From positions 122,803 through 186,802 of the forward strand of contig JBGSVP010000003.1 in the NCBI GenBank assembly GCA_041752875.1: 64,000 nucleotides of DNA. Reading direction: 5' to 3'. Below the pieces are notes generated by a model, which made no database searches, was not told the origin of the DNA, and saw only the letters and a list, made by a program, of their open reading frames with translations. Shown piece by piece: positions 43,908-52,997 of the stretch. The stretch comes from Candidatus Altimarinota bacterium. GTDB taxonomy: Bacteria; Patescibacteriota; Gracilibacteria; UBA1369. The position numbers and the translations under genes are program-made. The stretch's first letter is position 1, and the number at the start of each line of letters is the position of its first letter.

Positions 43908-46387
43908 TTCTTTTTGATTTGTAATATTTTGGTGACGATTTTCTTGTTAGATTTCTTCTTTGACGGCTTTTTAACGTTGGAATGTGAAGAAGAATGTCCG
44001 CTCCCGGGTATGAGCGCAAGTTTAATTGCATCTTCGACAGTATTGGCGAACTTGATGTTAAGGTTAGCCAACATATGCTTCGGAATATCGAGCAGATCTT
44101 TCCTGTTCCTCTCCGGAATGATGATATTCTTTATCTGCACACGCTTTGCCGCCAGAAGTTTTTCTTTAAGTCCTCCTATCGGCAAAACTCTGCCCGTAAG
44201 AGTTATTTCGCCCGTCATAGCGGTATCGTGTCTGATTTTTTGGCCCGTGAGAAGTGAAATCAGCGCGGTACAGATTGTTATTCCGGCTGAAGGTCCGTCT
44301 TTTGGCGTCGCTCCTTCGGGGACATGTATATGAATGTCGGACTTTTCGAAGATTTTTTCGTCGATATGAAGTTTTTCGGCATTGCTCCTTATGTAACTCA
44401 ATGCCGCGCGTGCCGATTCCTGCATCACATCACCAAGACTGCCGGTCAGAATAAGGTTTTTCGATCCTTTCATCTTAGTCGCTTCTATAAATATGATATC
44501 GCCGCCGCTCGGAGTCCATGCCAATCCTGTCGCCACTCCGACCGTATCTTCCCTTTGTGCCGCTTCAAAAGTATATTTCTCCACCCCCAGATATTTGAAG
44601 ATGTCCGCCTTGCTGATGACATCTATCTCCTTCTTTTCTTCGATAAATTCCTTGGCAACCTTTCGGCACACGGTCGCAATCTGCCTTTCCAAATCGCGAA
44701 GTCCCGCTTCACCGGTATAGTATTGGACTATGTGGATGATGGCTTCGTCCGTAAATTTGAGAGGTCTCTTTGCAAGTCCGTTAAGTTCGATTTCCTTCGG
44801 CAACAGATAACGTTTCGCAATCTGAAGTTTTTCTTCTTCGGTATAACCGGCCAGTTCGATAATCTCCATCCTGTCCAGCAGGGCCGGAGGAATCGGATCC
44901 AGAAAGTTTGCGGTCAGAATGAAGAATACTTTGGAAAGATCGAAAGGCACATCCAGATAATGATCCGTAAAAGCATTGTTCTGTTCGGGGTCCAGAACTT
45001 CCAGCAGTGCCGAAGCCGGATCCCCCTGAAAATCTTTTCCCATCTTGTCTATTTCATCGAGCATAAAAACCGGATCATCGAAACCGGCCCGCTTGATGCT
45101 CTGTATGATGCGTCCCGGCATAGCTCCCACATAAGTACGCCTGTGCCCGCGAATATCGGCTTCGTCGCGTATACCGCCCAGTGAAGTATGAATAAAGGCC
45201 CGTCCCATCGCCCGCGCTATCGATTTACCTAGTGAAGTCTTTCCGACCCCGGGCGGCCCGACAAAACAAAGTATCGTGGCCCCGCACCTCTTTTTCAACT
45301 GGCAGATTGCCAGATATTCCAGGATGCGCTCCTTAATCTTCTCCAGCCCGTAATGGTCTTCATCGAGTATCTTCCTTGCTTTTTTCACTTCCACCTTGCC
45401 GGGACTGCTTTTGCCCCACGGCATTTCGCACAACCACTCTATATATGTACGCGCCACGGCATACTCCGGTGAAATCTGGAATATCTTTTTCAACCTCTCC
45501 AGTTCGTTGTTGGCTATCTTTTCCACTTCGGCAGGCATCTTCGCGCTCTTAATCTTCTGGGCCAGTTCTTTGGTTTCCTGTTCGTCGTTCATCCCTCCCA
45601 TTCCTCCGAAATCGTTGGAGTCTTCTCCCAGCTCTTTTTTGATGGCCTTCAGCTCCTGTTTCAAAAGAAAATTTCTTTCGCTCTTATTCATCTCTTTGGA
45701 TATGTCCGTGCGAATTTTTTTCCTGATTTTCAGAAGCTGTATCTCTTTCATCAGATATTCCGCAATCTTCGTCAGTCTGACATTGTGGTCTATCAGTGAC
45801 AGCAGTTCCTGTTTTTTTTGAATATCCAGAGTAAGGAACGAACAAGCCAAATCCTCGATCTGGTCTATTTCCGTGACATTTTCCAGTCCCGCAAAAAGTT
45901 CCGGCGGCAAAGTCTTTCCTTGTTCCGAAGCTTCCTTAATCAGCGATACTATTTCCTGTGCCTTCGACTGCAGATTAACATCTTCGTCAGGTGCGCTCTT
46001 TACCGGTATGACTTTCGCAATCATAAACGGCTTCTCCTGTAAGAATTTTTCCGGATTGATTCTGCTGATTCCTTCGACAAGCACCATCGCGTCCGTACCG
46101 GTGCTTCCCTTAATGATCTGCAATATGTAGGCGCTTGTTCCCACATCATAAAGGTTATCCGTAGGAGGGGCGGGCTTGGAATGATCTCTCTGCGTTAACA
46201 ACCCAATCAGCTCCTGTTCCTGGTTGGCTTTTTCAACCGCCGCCAGTAGTTCCGGACTATGAATAAAAACCGTCACGACCATAGTCGGAAATATCACCAG
46301 GTCCTTTATCGGGATGACTACTATTTCTTTTGGAAGCTTATATTCCTTCTCCTGCCTGGAATCATTATCTGTAATATTCAGTGCCAT
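43904..46387 (-). CDS. lon: ATP-dependent Lon protease
   Basis: Lon N-terminal domain, Walker A GPPGVGKTS, Walker B FMLDEIDK, and a protease domain with PKDGPSAGI (catalytic Ser). I moved the start to the ATG at 46387 (MALNITDN), because the 31-codon extension in the track has no homology-like features. Confidence 0.95.
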   Translation of the reverse strand: MALNITDNDSRQEKEYKLPKEIVVIPIKDLVIFPTMVVTVFIHSPELLAAVEKANQEQELIGLLTQRDHSKPAPPTDNLYDVGTSAYILQIIKGSTGTDAMVLVEGISRINPEKFLQEKPFMIAKVIPVKSAPDEDVNLQSKAQEIVSLIKEASEQGKTLPPELFAGLENVTEIDQIEDLACSFLTLDIQKKQELLSLIDHNVRLTKIAEYLMKEIQLLKIRKKIRTDISKEMNKSERNFLLKQELKAIKKELGEDSNDFGGMGGMNDEQETKELAQKIKSAKMPAEVEKIANNELERLKKIFQISPEYAVARTYIEWLCEMPWGKSSPGKVEVKKARKILDEDHYGLEKIKERILEYLAICQLKKRCGATILCFVGPPGVGKTSLGKSIARAMGRAFIHTSLGGIRDEADIRGHRRTYVGAMPGRIIQSIKRAGFDDPVFMLDEIDKMGKDFQGDPASALLEVLDPEQNNAFTDHYLDVPFDLSKVFFILTANFLDPIPPALLDRMEIIELAGYTEEEKLQIAKRYLLPKEIELNGLAKRPLKFTDEAIIHIVQYYTGEAGLRDLERQIATVCRKVAKEFIEEKKEIDVISKADIFKYLGVEKYTFEAAQREDTVGVATGLAWTPSGGDIIFIEATKMKGSKNLILTGSLGDVMQESARAALSYIRSNAEKLHIDEKIFEKSDIHIHVPEGATPKDGPSAGITICTALISLLTGQKIRHDTAMTGEITLTGRVLPIGGLKEKLLAAKRVQIKNIIIPERNRKDLLDIPKHMLANLNIKFANTVEDAIKLALIPGSGHSSSHSNVKKPSKKKSNKKIVTKILQIKKK

Positions 46388-46575
46388 GCTGTGGAATATG
46401 AAATAAATATATCTGTACATGATAGCAAAAAAACGGCTTTTAATCCATGAACAAGGCCGTGAAATGAAGCTCAATTCCAAAAGATATATTGCCGAAATGG
46501 AAATATTGTTTTATAATTACATAGAAGTGACAAAAATAAGCAAAAATCCAATAAAAAACATCATAAAAACCCACA

Positions 46576-47061
46576 ATGAAAAAATTCCTCAAAGAAAAGA
46601 CCGCAAAAGACATAATGACCACAGATGTATATAGTGTCCGTGTCAATTCGCCGGTCAAAGAAATAATCAAGAAATTCCTGAACAAGAATGTTATGAGTTT
46701 GCCGGTAATCGACAACGAAGATAAAGTCGCAGGCATCATTACGGAAAGAGATATAACGATAAGGTTGGAAGATATCGAAATGCCCGCAAGCATAAACATT
46801 CTTGGCAGTGTGATCTATCTTGATAACATGGATTCCTTTAACGAGACCCTTAAGAAAAAACTGGGGCAATTGGCCGCGGATATAATGACCACCCCTCCTT
46901 TGACTCTGAACATGAACGCTAATGTGCACGAAATCCTGGAGTTCATGGAAAAAAATTCAATCTATAGGGTTCCCATTGTCGACGATTCTGAAAAACTTGT
47001 CGGAATCGTAACGAATACCGACATCATCAAAGAGCTTATAAAGGAAGGAAAAAAGTTGTAA
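46576..47061 (+). CDS. CBS-domain pair protein
   Basis: 161 aa with two CBS repeats (IMTTDVYSV...SLPVIDNEDKVAGIITERDI and IMTTPPLTL...YRVPIVDDSEKLVGIVTNTDI). Confidence 0.85.
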   Translation: MKKFLKEKTAKDIMTTDVYSVRVNSPVKEIIKKFLNKNVMSLPVIDNEDKVAGIITERDITIRLEDIEMPASINILGSVIYLDNMDSFNETLKKKLGQLAADIMTTPPLTLNMNANVHEILEFMEKNSIYRVPIVDDSEKLVGIVTNTDIIKELIKEGKKL

Positions 47062-47194
47062 TTAAAGAATAAACCGAACTTAAGTCCAAGGAACTTGCAT
47101 ATAAACAGTACCCGGTAAATTGAAGCCGTGTGCTTTTTGTGCTAACATTAAATGATTTAAACAATAAAAACCAAAAAATCTAACAAAAACAAAT

Positions 47195-48235
47195 ATGAAA
47201 TTACCCGAACTTATCGACTACGTAAACAACGACGATGACGCGAATAACGAAGCGTCGAAAAACACCGAAGGCGCGGATAACGTGACCGAATCGGTAAAAA
47301 ATGACGAACCTCTGACTGCCGGCGTAGAATCAGCGGCAGCCCCTTCTCTAAGCTATGTGGCCGTGGAAGAGGAGGAATCCGAAGATGTATCAGATAATCA
47401 TGTCGTGGAAAAGGAAAAACATGCTACACCGGTTCATGAATGCCATGAGGAAGACGGAACGGTCACCGGTGGAACAAAGATAAAAGTGATCACTGCTTTA
47501 CTTATAGTCGGTTTTGCCACGTTCATAGCTTACTGGGTCCAACAGCCCGGAGAATACAAGGCGCAGGTCTTGAGTGATACGATGGAAAGGGTATCCACAA
47601 GCGAAGTGGTAGCTACGGAAAAAGTGGCTGCAAATACGCCCGCCGGCGAAACACAGGAAATCAGCATGATAGATTTCTCTTTCAGTCCGGCTTACGTGAG
47701 CGTGGCCAAGGGAACCACGGTCGTATGGACAAACAAAGACATCACCGACCACAATGTGACGATGGATGCTCTAGCCATATCCACACCCACTCTTGCTCCC
47801 GGAAACAGTTTTTCCTATAAGTTCGAAAGTGACGGATCATTCGATTACATGGACGTTCTCCATCCTGACATGAAAGGACAAATCATTGTAGGAACAGGCG
47901 TTTCGGAAACAGCCTCTTTTGATAAAGAAGCCTTAGCCCGGATGGAAGAGATTCCCGCGCTCGAACCTGAATTAACTGCTCCTGTAACACCGGAGCCGGA
48001 ACTCCTTTCGGCTAATGTTCCCGACGCGACGGCTTCCATATCCGCAGCAAAAGATCTCAAAAACCTGGCCGCCGCCGAATCGGAAACAGATGATCTTCAT
48101 GCTTCGGCCACGGATGACGAAATCCTTGCAAAAGGCAAACTCGCCAAGTCCGGACCGGAAGACATCTTTTACGCCTTTGCTCTGGGAATCATTCTGTATC
48201 TGAACAGAAGAAAAATATTGTATAGGGCAAACTAA
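47195..48235 (+). CDS. Membrane/surface protein with cupredoxin-like domain and C-terminal sorting-signal-like tail
   Basis: Acidic N-terminus and TM helix ITALLIVGFATFIAYWV. Cupredoxin_1-like block FSFSPAYVSVAKGTTVVWTNKD.TDHNVT...FDYMDVLHPDMKGQIIVG. The C-terminus is LAKSGPED, then the hydrophobic IFYAFALGIILYL, then NRRK. Confidence 0.65.
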   Translation: MKLPELIDYVNNDDDANNEASKNTEGADNVTESVKNDEPLTAGVESAAAPSLSYVAVEEEESEDVSDNHVVEKEKHATPVHECHEEDGTVTGGTKIKVITALLIVGFATFIAYWVQQPGEYKAQVLSDTMERVSTSEVVATEKVAANTPAGETQEISMIDFSFSPAYVSVAKGTTVVWTNKDITDHNVTMDALAISTPTLAPGNSFSYKFESDGSFDYMDVLHPDMKGQIIVGTGVSETASFDKEALARMEEIPALEPELTAPVTPEPELLSANVPDATASISAAKDLKNLAAAESETDDLHASATDDEILAKGKLAKSGPEDIFYAFALGIILYLNRRKILYRAN

Positions 48236-48276
48236 TGGTTTAAACTGCGGGTGGATAAAGCTTTTTCTTCCCGCGA

Positions 48277-49134
48277 ATGGAATACTTGAGCCGCCTAATC
48301 GCCGAACTGATCATATTCATCGGCAGGCAAACCCACAGTTTCTGGGAAAACCTGCAGATACTGAACTTTTCTTTGCCGCAGATAATGTTGGATATCGCTC
48401 TGGTTGCGGTGGTCTTCTATTTCATTTTTTCCCAGCTTAAAGGCAGTCGTACAGTACATATACTAACCGGCTTAAGCATTCTGGCGGCGGCGTATTTTAT
48501 AAGTAAACTGCTTCAGCTTGTAACATTCGGCTGGATGCTGGAGAAGTTTTTCACGGTAGTCCTTGTAGCCATACCTGTCATCTTTCAGCAGGAGCTCCGA
48601 AGCGGACTGGAAAGACTTGGACATACAAAGCCTTTTCTTAAACAGCAGGCAAAAGAGATTGATACCATGATTAATGATCTGGTGGAATCCAGTTACATAC
48701 TGGCCAAAAAGAGGGAAGGAGCTCTTATTGCCATCGAACAGACTGTTCCGTTAAAAGAATTCATCGACACGGGAAAGCAACTTAACGCGCAGGTCTCCAA
48801 GGAAATAATCCAGAGCATCTTCAATCACCAGGCGCCGTTACATGACGGGGCGGTAATAATCCGCCGCAACCTGATTGCTGCCGCATCCTGTGTTCTTCCC
48901 CATACCGCGACAGCGGGAGAGATGGGAAACGGTACGGGCGGAACAAGACATAAAGCGGCGCTCGGCCTTAGCGAATCCACCGACGCTCTGATAATCGTGG
49001 TGTCGGAGGAAAGGGGAATAGTATCGTTCGCGAACAAGGGCAACATTGAAAGAAACATATTGCCTGCGCGACTCCATTCTTTGTTAATGCACAGTCTTAA
49101 GACCCAGAAACATAAAGTAAAACCGGTAGCATGA
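48277..49134 (+). CDS. cdaA: Diadenylate cyclase CdaA (DisA_N/DAC domain, three N-terminal TM helices)
   Basis: Contains GALIAIE, LHDGAVII and GTRHKAALGLSESTDALIIVVSEERG, the DAC motifs. Confidence 0.9.
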   Translation: MEYLSRLIAELIIFIGRQTHSFWENLQILNFSLPQIMLDIALVAVVFYFIFSQLKGSRTVHILTGLSILAAAYFISKLLQLVTFGWMLEKFFTVVLVAIPVIFQQELRSGLERLGHTKPFLKQQAKEIDTMINDLVESSYILAKKREGALIAIEQTVPLKEFIDTGKQLNAQVSKEIIQSIFNHQAPLHDGAVIIRRNLIAAASCVLPHTATAGEMGNGTGGTRHKAALGLSESTDALIIVVSEERGIVSFANKGNIERNILPARLHSLLMHSLKTQKHKVKPVA

Positions 49135-50324
49135 TAAAACCTCTGCAAAACCTGCATCTTAAAGTCCTGTCGCTTCTGGCGGCGGTAGTTTTGTGGATGT
49201 TTGTTGTCGGTATAGAGAATGTGGCCTACAAGTTTCCCGAAAACCTTGATATACGGCTGATAAATACGGGGAGTGACATCAGTGTGGCCATGAAGATTCC
49301 GCAAGTCGGTATTTACATTAAACAGGACAAGGAACTTATTTCCACCCTTACGAAAAACGATTTCGATGTCTATGTGGATCTGGCCGGTCTGGGAGCCGGA
49401 GATTATACCCTTCCTGTGACCGTAAACGCCAAAAGCCCGCAAGTTCGCGTGATGAAAATCGATCCATCGGCAATCAGGGTAAAGCTTGCTCCTTCCGGGG
49501 AAAAGCAAATAAAAGTGGAGGGAACCATAGTCGGCAAGCCGGCAACGGGATTTGAAGTCAAAGAACTTTCTTACGAATTCGAAAAAGTTCGCATCCTGGG
49601 GGCGCAGAAATATCTGGATGTCATAGATAAGGTACAGGCAAAAATAATTCTGACCGGTAATGAGACCGAAGACGCCAGTCAGACAGTGAAATTGCTTCTG
49701 CCGGATGAATATTCGGATTACGCGGATAGCATAACCATAGTGCCGGAGCAGATACTGATAAATGTCGAAATAGTATCCAAACAATCGCAAAAGAAGGTGC
49801 CGGTCGTGCTTCAGCTGGCAAATGCCGACAACCTTGATGCCTGGGGCAAGAGAATAAAGCTTGTGCCGGCAACCGTGGAGATTTCCGGCGACGAAAAGGT
49901 GATAAAAGGAATCACTTCTCTTCAGACGGAGCCCGTCGATGTATCGAAACTTGGAACTAATGCCTCGTCGTTCAGCGCTGGATTGGTCATTCCGCAGGGG
50001 ATTAAGACATCAGGGAATGTTACTGAAGTCGGGGTTCAGGTTAAAGAGGAGTCCGTGGAAAGAAAAACAGTTCGTGCACCGGTAAATCTGATAGGCACAA
50101 ACCCCGCATTCAACATAAACAGGATTACTCCGGAAACGGTAGAGGTGATAGTCTCCGGTGCGGCATCGTTAATCAACGGTCTTAAACCGGAAGACATTTC
50201 CATAAACATAGACCTCGCCAAACTTACGAATGCCGGTCCGGTAATATATTCACAGAGCGATATCGTCGTCCCGCAGGGGATTTCCGTATTGTCTTCCTCG
50301 CCGCGGCAGATTACGTTAGAATAA
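49131..50324 (+). CDS. cdaR: CdaR / YbbR-domain regulator of CdaA
   Basis: ATGA start/stop overlap with cdaA. N-terminal TM helix followed by four YbbR-like repeats (pattern V.V.....P.G..V....P..V.V.G). Confidence 0.8.
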   Translation: MIKPLQNLHLKVLSLLAAVVLWMFVVGIENVAYKFPENLDIRLINTGSDISVAMKIPQVGIYIKQDKELISTLTKNDFDVYVDLAGLGAGDYTLPVTVNAKSPQVRVMKIDPSAIRVKLAPSGEKQIKVEGTIVGKPATGFEVKELSYEFEKVRILGAQKYLDVIDKVQAKIILTGNETEDASQTVKLLLPDEYSDYADSITIVPEQILINVEIVSKQSQKKVPVVLQLANADNLDAWGKRIKLVPATVEISGDEKVIKGITSLQTEPVDVSKLGTNASSFSAGLVIPQGIKTSGNVTEVGVQVKEESVERKTVRAPVNLIGTNPAFNINRITPETVEVIVSGAASLINGLKPEDISINIDLAKLTNAGPVIYSQSDIVVPQGISVLSSSPRQITLE

Positions 50325-50348
50325 CCCCCGCTTTTTAAAGAAATATCT

Positions 50349-51440
50349 ATGATGAAAATAGGAATAGTAGGCTTACCCAACGTAGGCAAGTCCACATTGT
50401 TTAACGCATTGACCAGATCTAAAGGAGCAAAAGCCGCCAATTATCCGTTCTGCACCATCGATCCGAACGTGGGCGTAGTGGAAGTTCCGGATCCCCGCAT
50501 CAAAATGCTGAAAGATGTCGTGAAGACAGATAAGGTCATACCCGCGATAGTTGAATTTTATGACATCGCAGGCCTCGTTAAAGGCGCCAGCGAAGGTGAA
50601 GGGCTCGGTAACCAGTTTCTTGCCCATATCCGCGAATGCGACGCCATAGCGCAGGTCGTACGCGTCTTTGCCGACAAGAATGTCATCCACGTCCACGACG
50701 ATGTTGATCCAAAAAGGGATGTGGACATAATCGAAACGGAATTGATCATGGCCGACTACCAGACCGTGCAGAAGCGTGCCGCAAAAGCCAGAAATGAAGC
50801 CAAGTCCGGCGACAAGGATAAGGTCCGCTATGCCGGCATCGTAGATAAAGTGGAAAAATACCTCGCCGAAGGTAAAAAAATCATCGACTGTGATTTTACT
50901 CCCGAAGAGAAAGCGGAACTTCAGGATCTGCATCTGCTTACCGCCAAACCGTTCCTATACATCGCCAACGTCCATGAGAACGAGGTAAAAGATATCAATA
51001 TGTCTGAACTCCACGCACAGCTCGGACTAAGCCCCGAAAAGGTCGTGATTCCTATTTCCGCCAAGATAGAGGAGGAAATCGGCGAATTGAGTGATGAAGA
51101 GGCTAGTGTGTTTCTTGCCGAACTCGGTCTCAAGGAGACGGGACTGAATGCCCTCATACATGCCGCGTACAAGACACTCGGACTTATGACGTACTTTACA
51201 GCCGGGCCCAAAGAAGTTCATGCCTGGACTATTCACAAAGGAGACACCGCTCCCAAAGCCGCCGGTGTAATCCATACCGACTTCGAAAAAGGTTTCATCC
51301 GCGGCGAAGTGATGAACTGGGAAGACCTTGTGAAATACGGAAGCGAAGCCGCGGTCCGTGAAAATGGCCAGATGCGCACCGAAGGCAAAGAATACATAGT
51401 GCGTGACGGCGACGTGATGCATTTCTTCTTCAGTCCGTAA
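50349..51440 (+). CDS. ychF: Ribosome-binding ATPase YchF (Obg-like)
   Basis: Contains [39 protein letters not shown] and a TGS-like C-terminus ([13 protein letters not shown]). Confidence 0.95.
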   Translation: MMKIGIVGLPNVGKSTLFNALTRSKGAKAANYPFCTIDPNVGVVEVPDPRIKMLKDVVKTDKVIPAIVEFYDIAGLVKGASEGEGLGNQFLAHIRECDAIAQVVRVFADKNVIHVHDDVDPKRDVDIIETELIMADYQTVQKRAAKARNEAKSGDKDKVRYAGIVDKVEKYLAEGKKIIDCDFTPEEKAELQDLHLLTAKPFLYIANVHENEVKDINMSELHAQLGLSPEKVVIPISAKIEEEIGELSDEEASVFLAELGLKETGLNALIHAAYKTLGLMTYFTAGPKEVHAWTIHKGDTAPKAAGVIHTDFEKGFIRGEVMNWEDLVKYGSEAAVRENGQMRTEGKEYIVRDGDVMHFFFSP

Positions 51441-51450
51441 TCGAAAATAA

Positions 51451-52905
51451 TCAGCCTTCGCTAAGTTTTTTTAGCAGTTGTTTCTGATAATCCACGGGCG
51501 CGGTTATTGTCCCCGCGACAAGCACCAGACGATATGGGTTAGGGAAAGCGACAAGTCCGTTTGTGATATCTTCAGGCAGTATGTTTCCTGCAAAAACACG
51601 GTCCCTCTTTTTGTTGAGTTCCGGATCTATAAAGTCGAAATCACGAAGGTGGGAATACTTCGCCGCGAATTCCTCCGGAAGAGCTATCGGACAATGGGGA
51701 CTGTAAACCTCCAGAAGAGGTAGCTCGGCCAGCCTTTCTGTCCTGAAACCCATATAATTGATGTCCTTTATGAACTCATAGACTGATTCCGCTTTGTCCG
51801 GATTCATCCATTTTTTGCGCGGATCAATCTTTTCGTCGAATATGGTAATCTTCGGAACTTCTGTGGAAAGACTGTCCGTGGCCGATTCCAGCGGGAATAT
51901 CTGGCCGAACATGAACCTTGTGCTACTATCCATCTTAGCCAGCCCTTTCATTATTTCCATAGTCGGCATGATGTCACGCAGACGGTCAAAAGCCAGATTC
52001 ATGTAGAGACTGTCGCAGGTGTTAGGTAATCTTCCCGTCTTCGAAACGAATCTCATCATGAAATCATCGGGCGACTCGCATAAATCTGCCTGCACTCCAC
52101 GCATTCTGGCGTTAACGGCCTTGTCGACGAATCCCTTGGCTATATCCAGAGCTATAATGTCATGATCGATCTTCTTGGTCTTTTTGGATAGATAATCGCC
52201 GATAATCTCCTGAAGCTTCTTAAAGCTGAAATTACTGCTCTTGTTAGGTTCTTTTGAACGCAGGTTGGCGATGAAAGAGGAATTGTTACGCAAATCGCGA
52301 AGTGTTCTGCTTATTTCCGCGTTACCCGCAGCCATCTCCACGCAAACCAGTGGATTTGGCGGAGTCCCGATAGCGTTTTGCCTGTAGACCAGATTGTCGA
52401 GGTTCTCGATAGGGATATCATGCATTATCGCCAATATCCTTTCGTCAATCTTTCCGCATTTATAGGCATCCCGCTGGGAAGTTCGCCTGTACCATTCTTC
52501 AATCGTGGCTATGTCTCCAAGCTGGCCCTTGTTTTGCATCCAGTAAAGTTCCTGGATAAAAGACCCGTGGAACAAGGTGTCCCGATATTCCCTTTGCGGT
52601 TCCATCGTATCGATTAGATCGGGTGTATCGATGATTATGTTGTTGCGGGATTTCAACAGTTTCTTTACCTCTTTGATATAAGCCGGAGGTTTTATATTAA
52701 GGATTTTTTCCTCATCCTCTGATTTTTCGGATTCGTTAAAATTACCGTTGCCGTTGGATAGTGCAATTTGCCTTCTGGCCTCTTCAATGAGCGAATCAAT
52801 ATGGGGCCCGCTTTTTGGAGGCTCGCTGATCATTTTCTTCTCTTCAGCGGCGTAACCTTCCGCTTCCTGATCTTCCTGTTCCGATTTGTCTTTTTCTAAA
52901 GCCAT
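51451..52905 (-). CDS. Hypothetical protein (484 aa) with acidic N-terminus; weak resemblance to class I SAM-methyltransferase motifs
   Basis: CVEMAAGNAEISRTL and IIALDIAKGFVDKA loosely resemble methyltransferase motifs I and II. The resemblance is not convincing. Confidence 0.5.
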   Translation of the reverse strand: MALEKDKSEQEDQEAEGYAAEEKKMISEPPKSGPHIDSLIEEARRQIALSNGNGNFNESEKSEDEEKILNIKPPAYIKEVKKLLKSRNNIIIDTPDLIDTMEPQREYRDTLFHGSFIQELYWMQNKGQLGDIATIEEWYRRTSQRDAYKCGKIDERILAIMHDIPIENLDNLVYRQNAIGTPPNPLVCVEMAAGNAEISRTLRDLRNNSSFIANLRSKEPNKSSNFSFKKLQEIIGDYLSKKTKKIDHDIIALDIAKGFVDKAVNARMRGVQADLCESPDDFMMRFVSKTGRLPNTCDSLYMNLAFDRLRDIMPTMEIMKGLAKMDSSTRFMFGQIFPLESATDSLSTEVPKITIFDEKIDPRKKWMNPDKAESVYEFIKDINYMGFRTERLAELPLLEVYSPHCPIALPEEFAAKYSHLRDFDFIDPELNKKRDRVFAGNILPEDITNGLVAFPNPYRLVLVAGTITAPVDYQKQLLKKLSEG

Positions 52906-52997
52906 TTTCCTTCAATACTTATATGAAAACGATTAGGCCAAATTAGGCACCTTACTTTAATCACAAATGTGGTTATAGTCAAGCGATTATCGGCGTA

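Noticed and set aside
44324-45184. 286-aa plus-strand ORF
   Set aside because: It is antisense to the lon AAA+ module.
48825-49790. 321-aa minus-strand ORF
   Set aside because: It is antisense to the cdaA 3' end and the cdaR 5' half, both of which have clear domain signatures. It is a shadow ORF.
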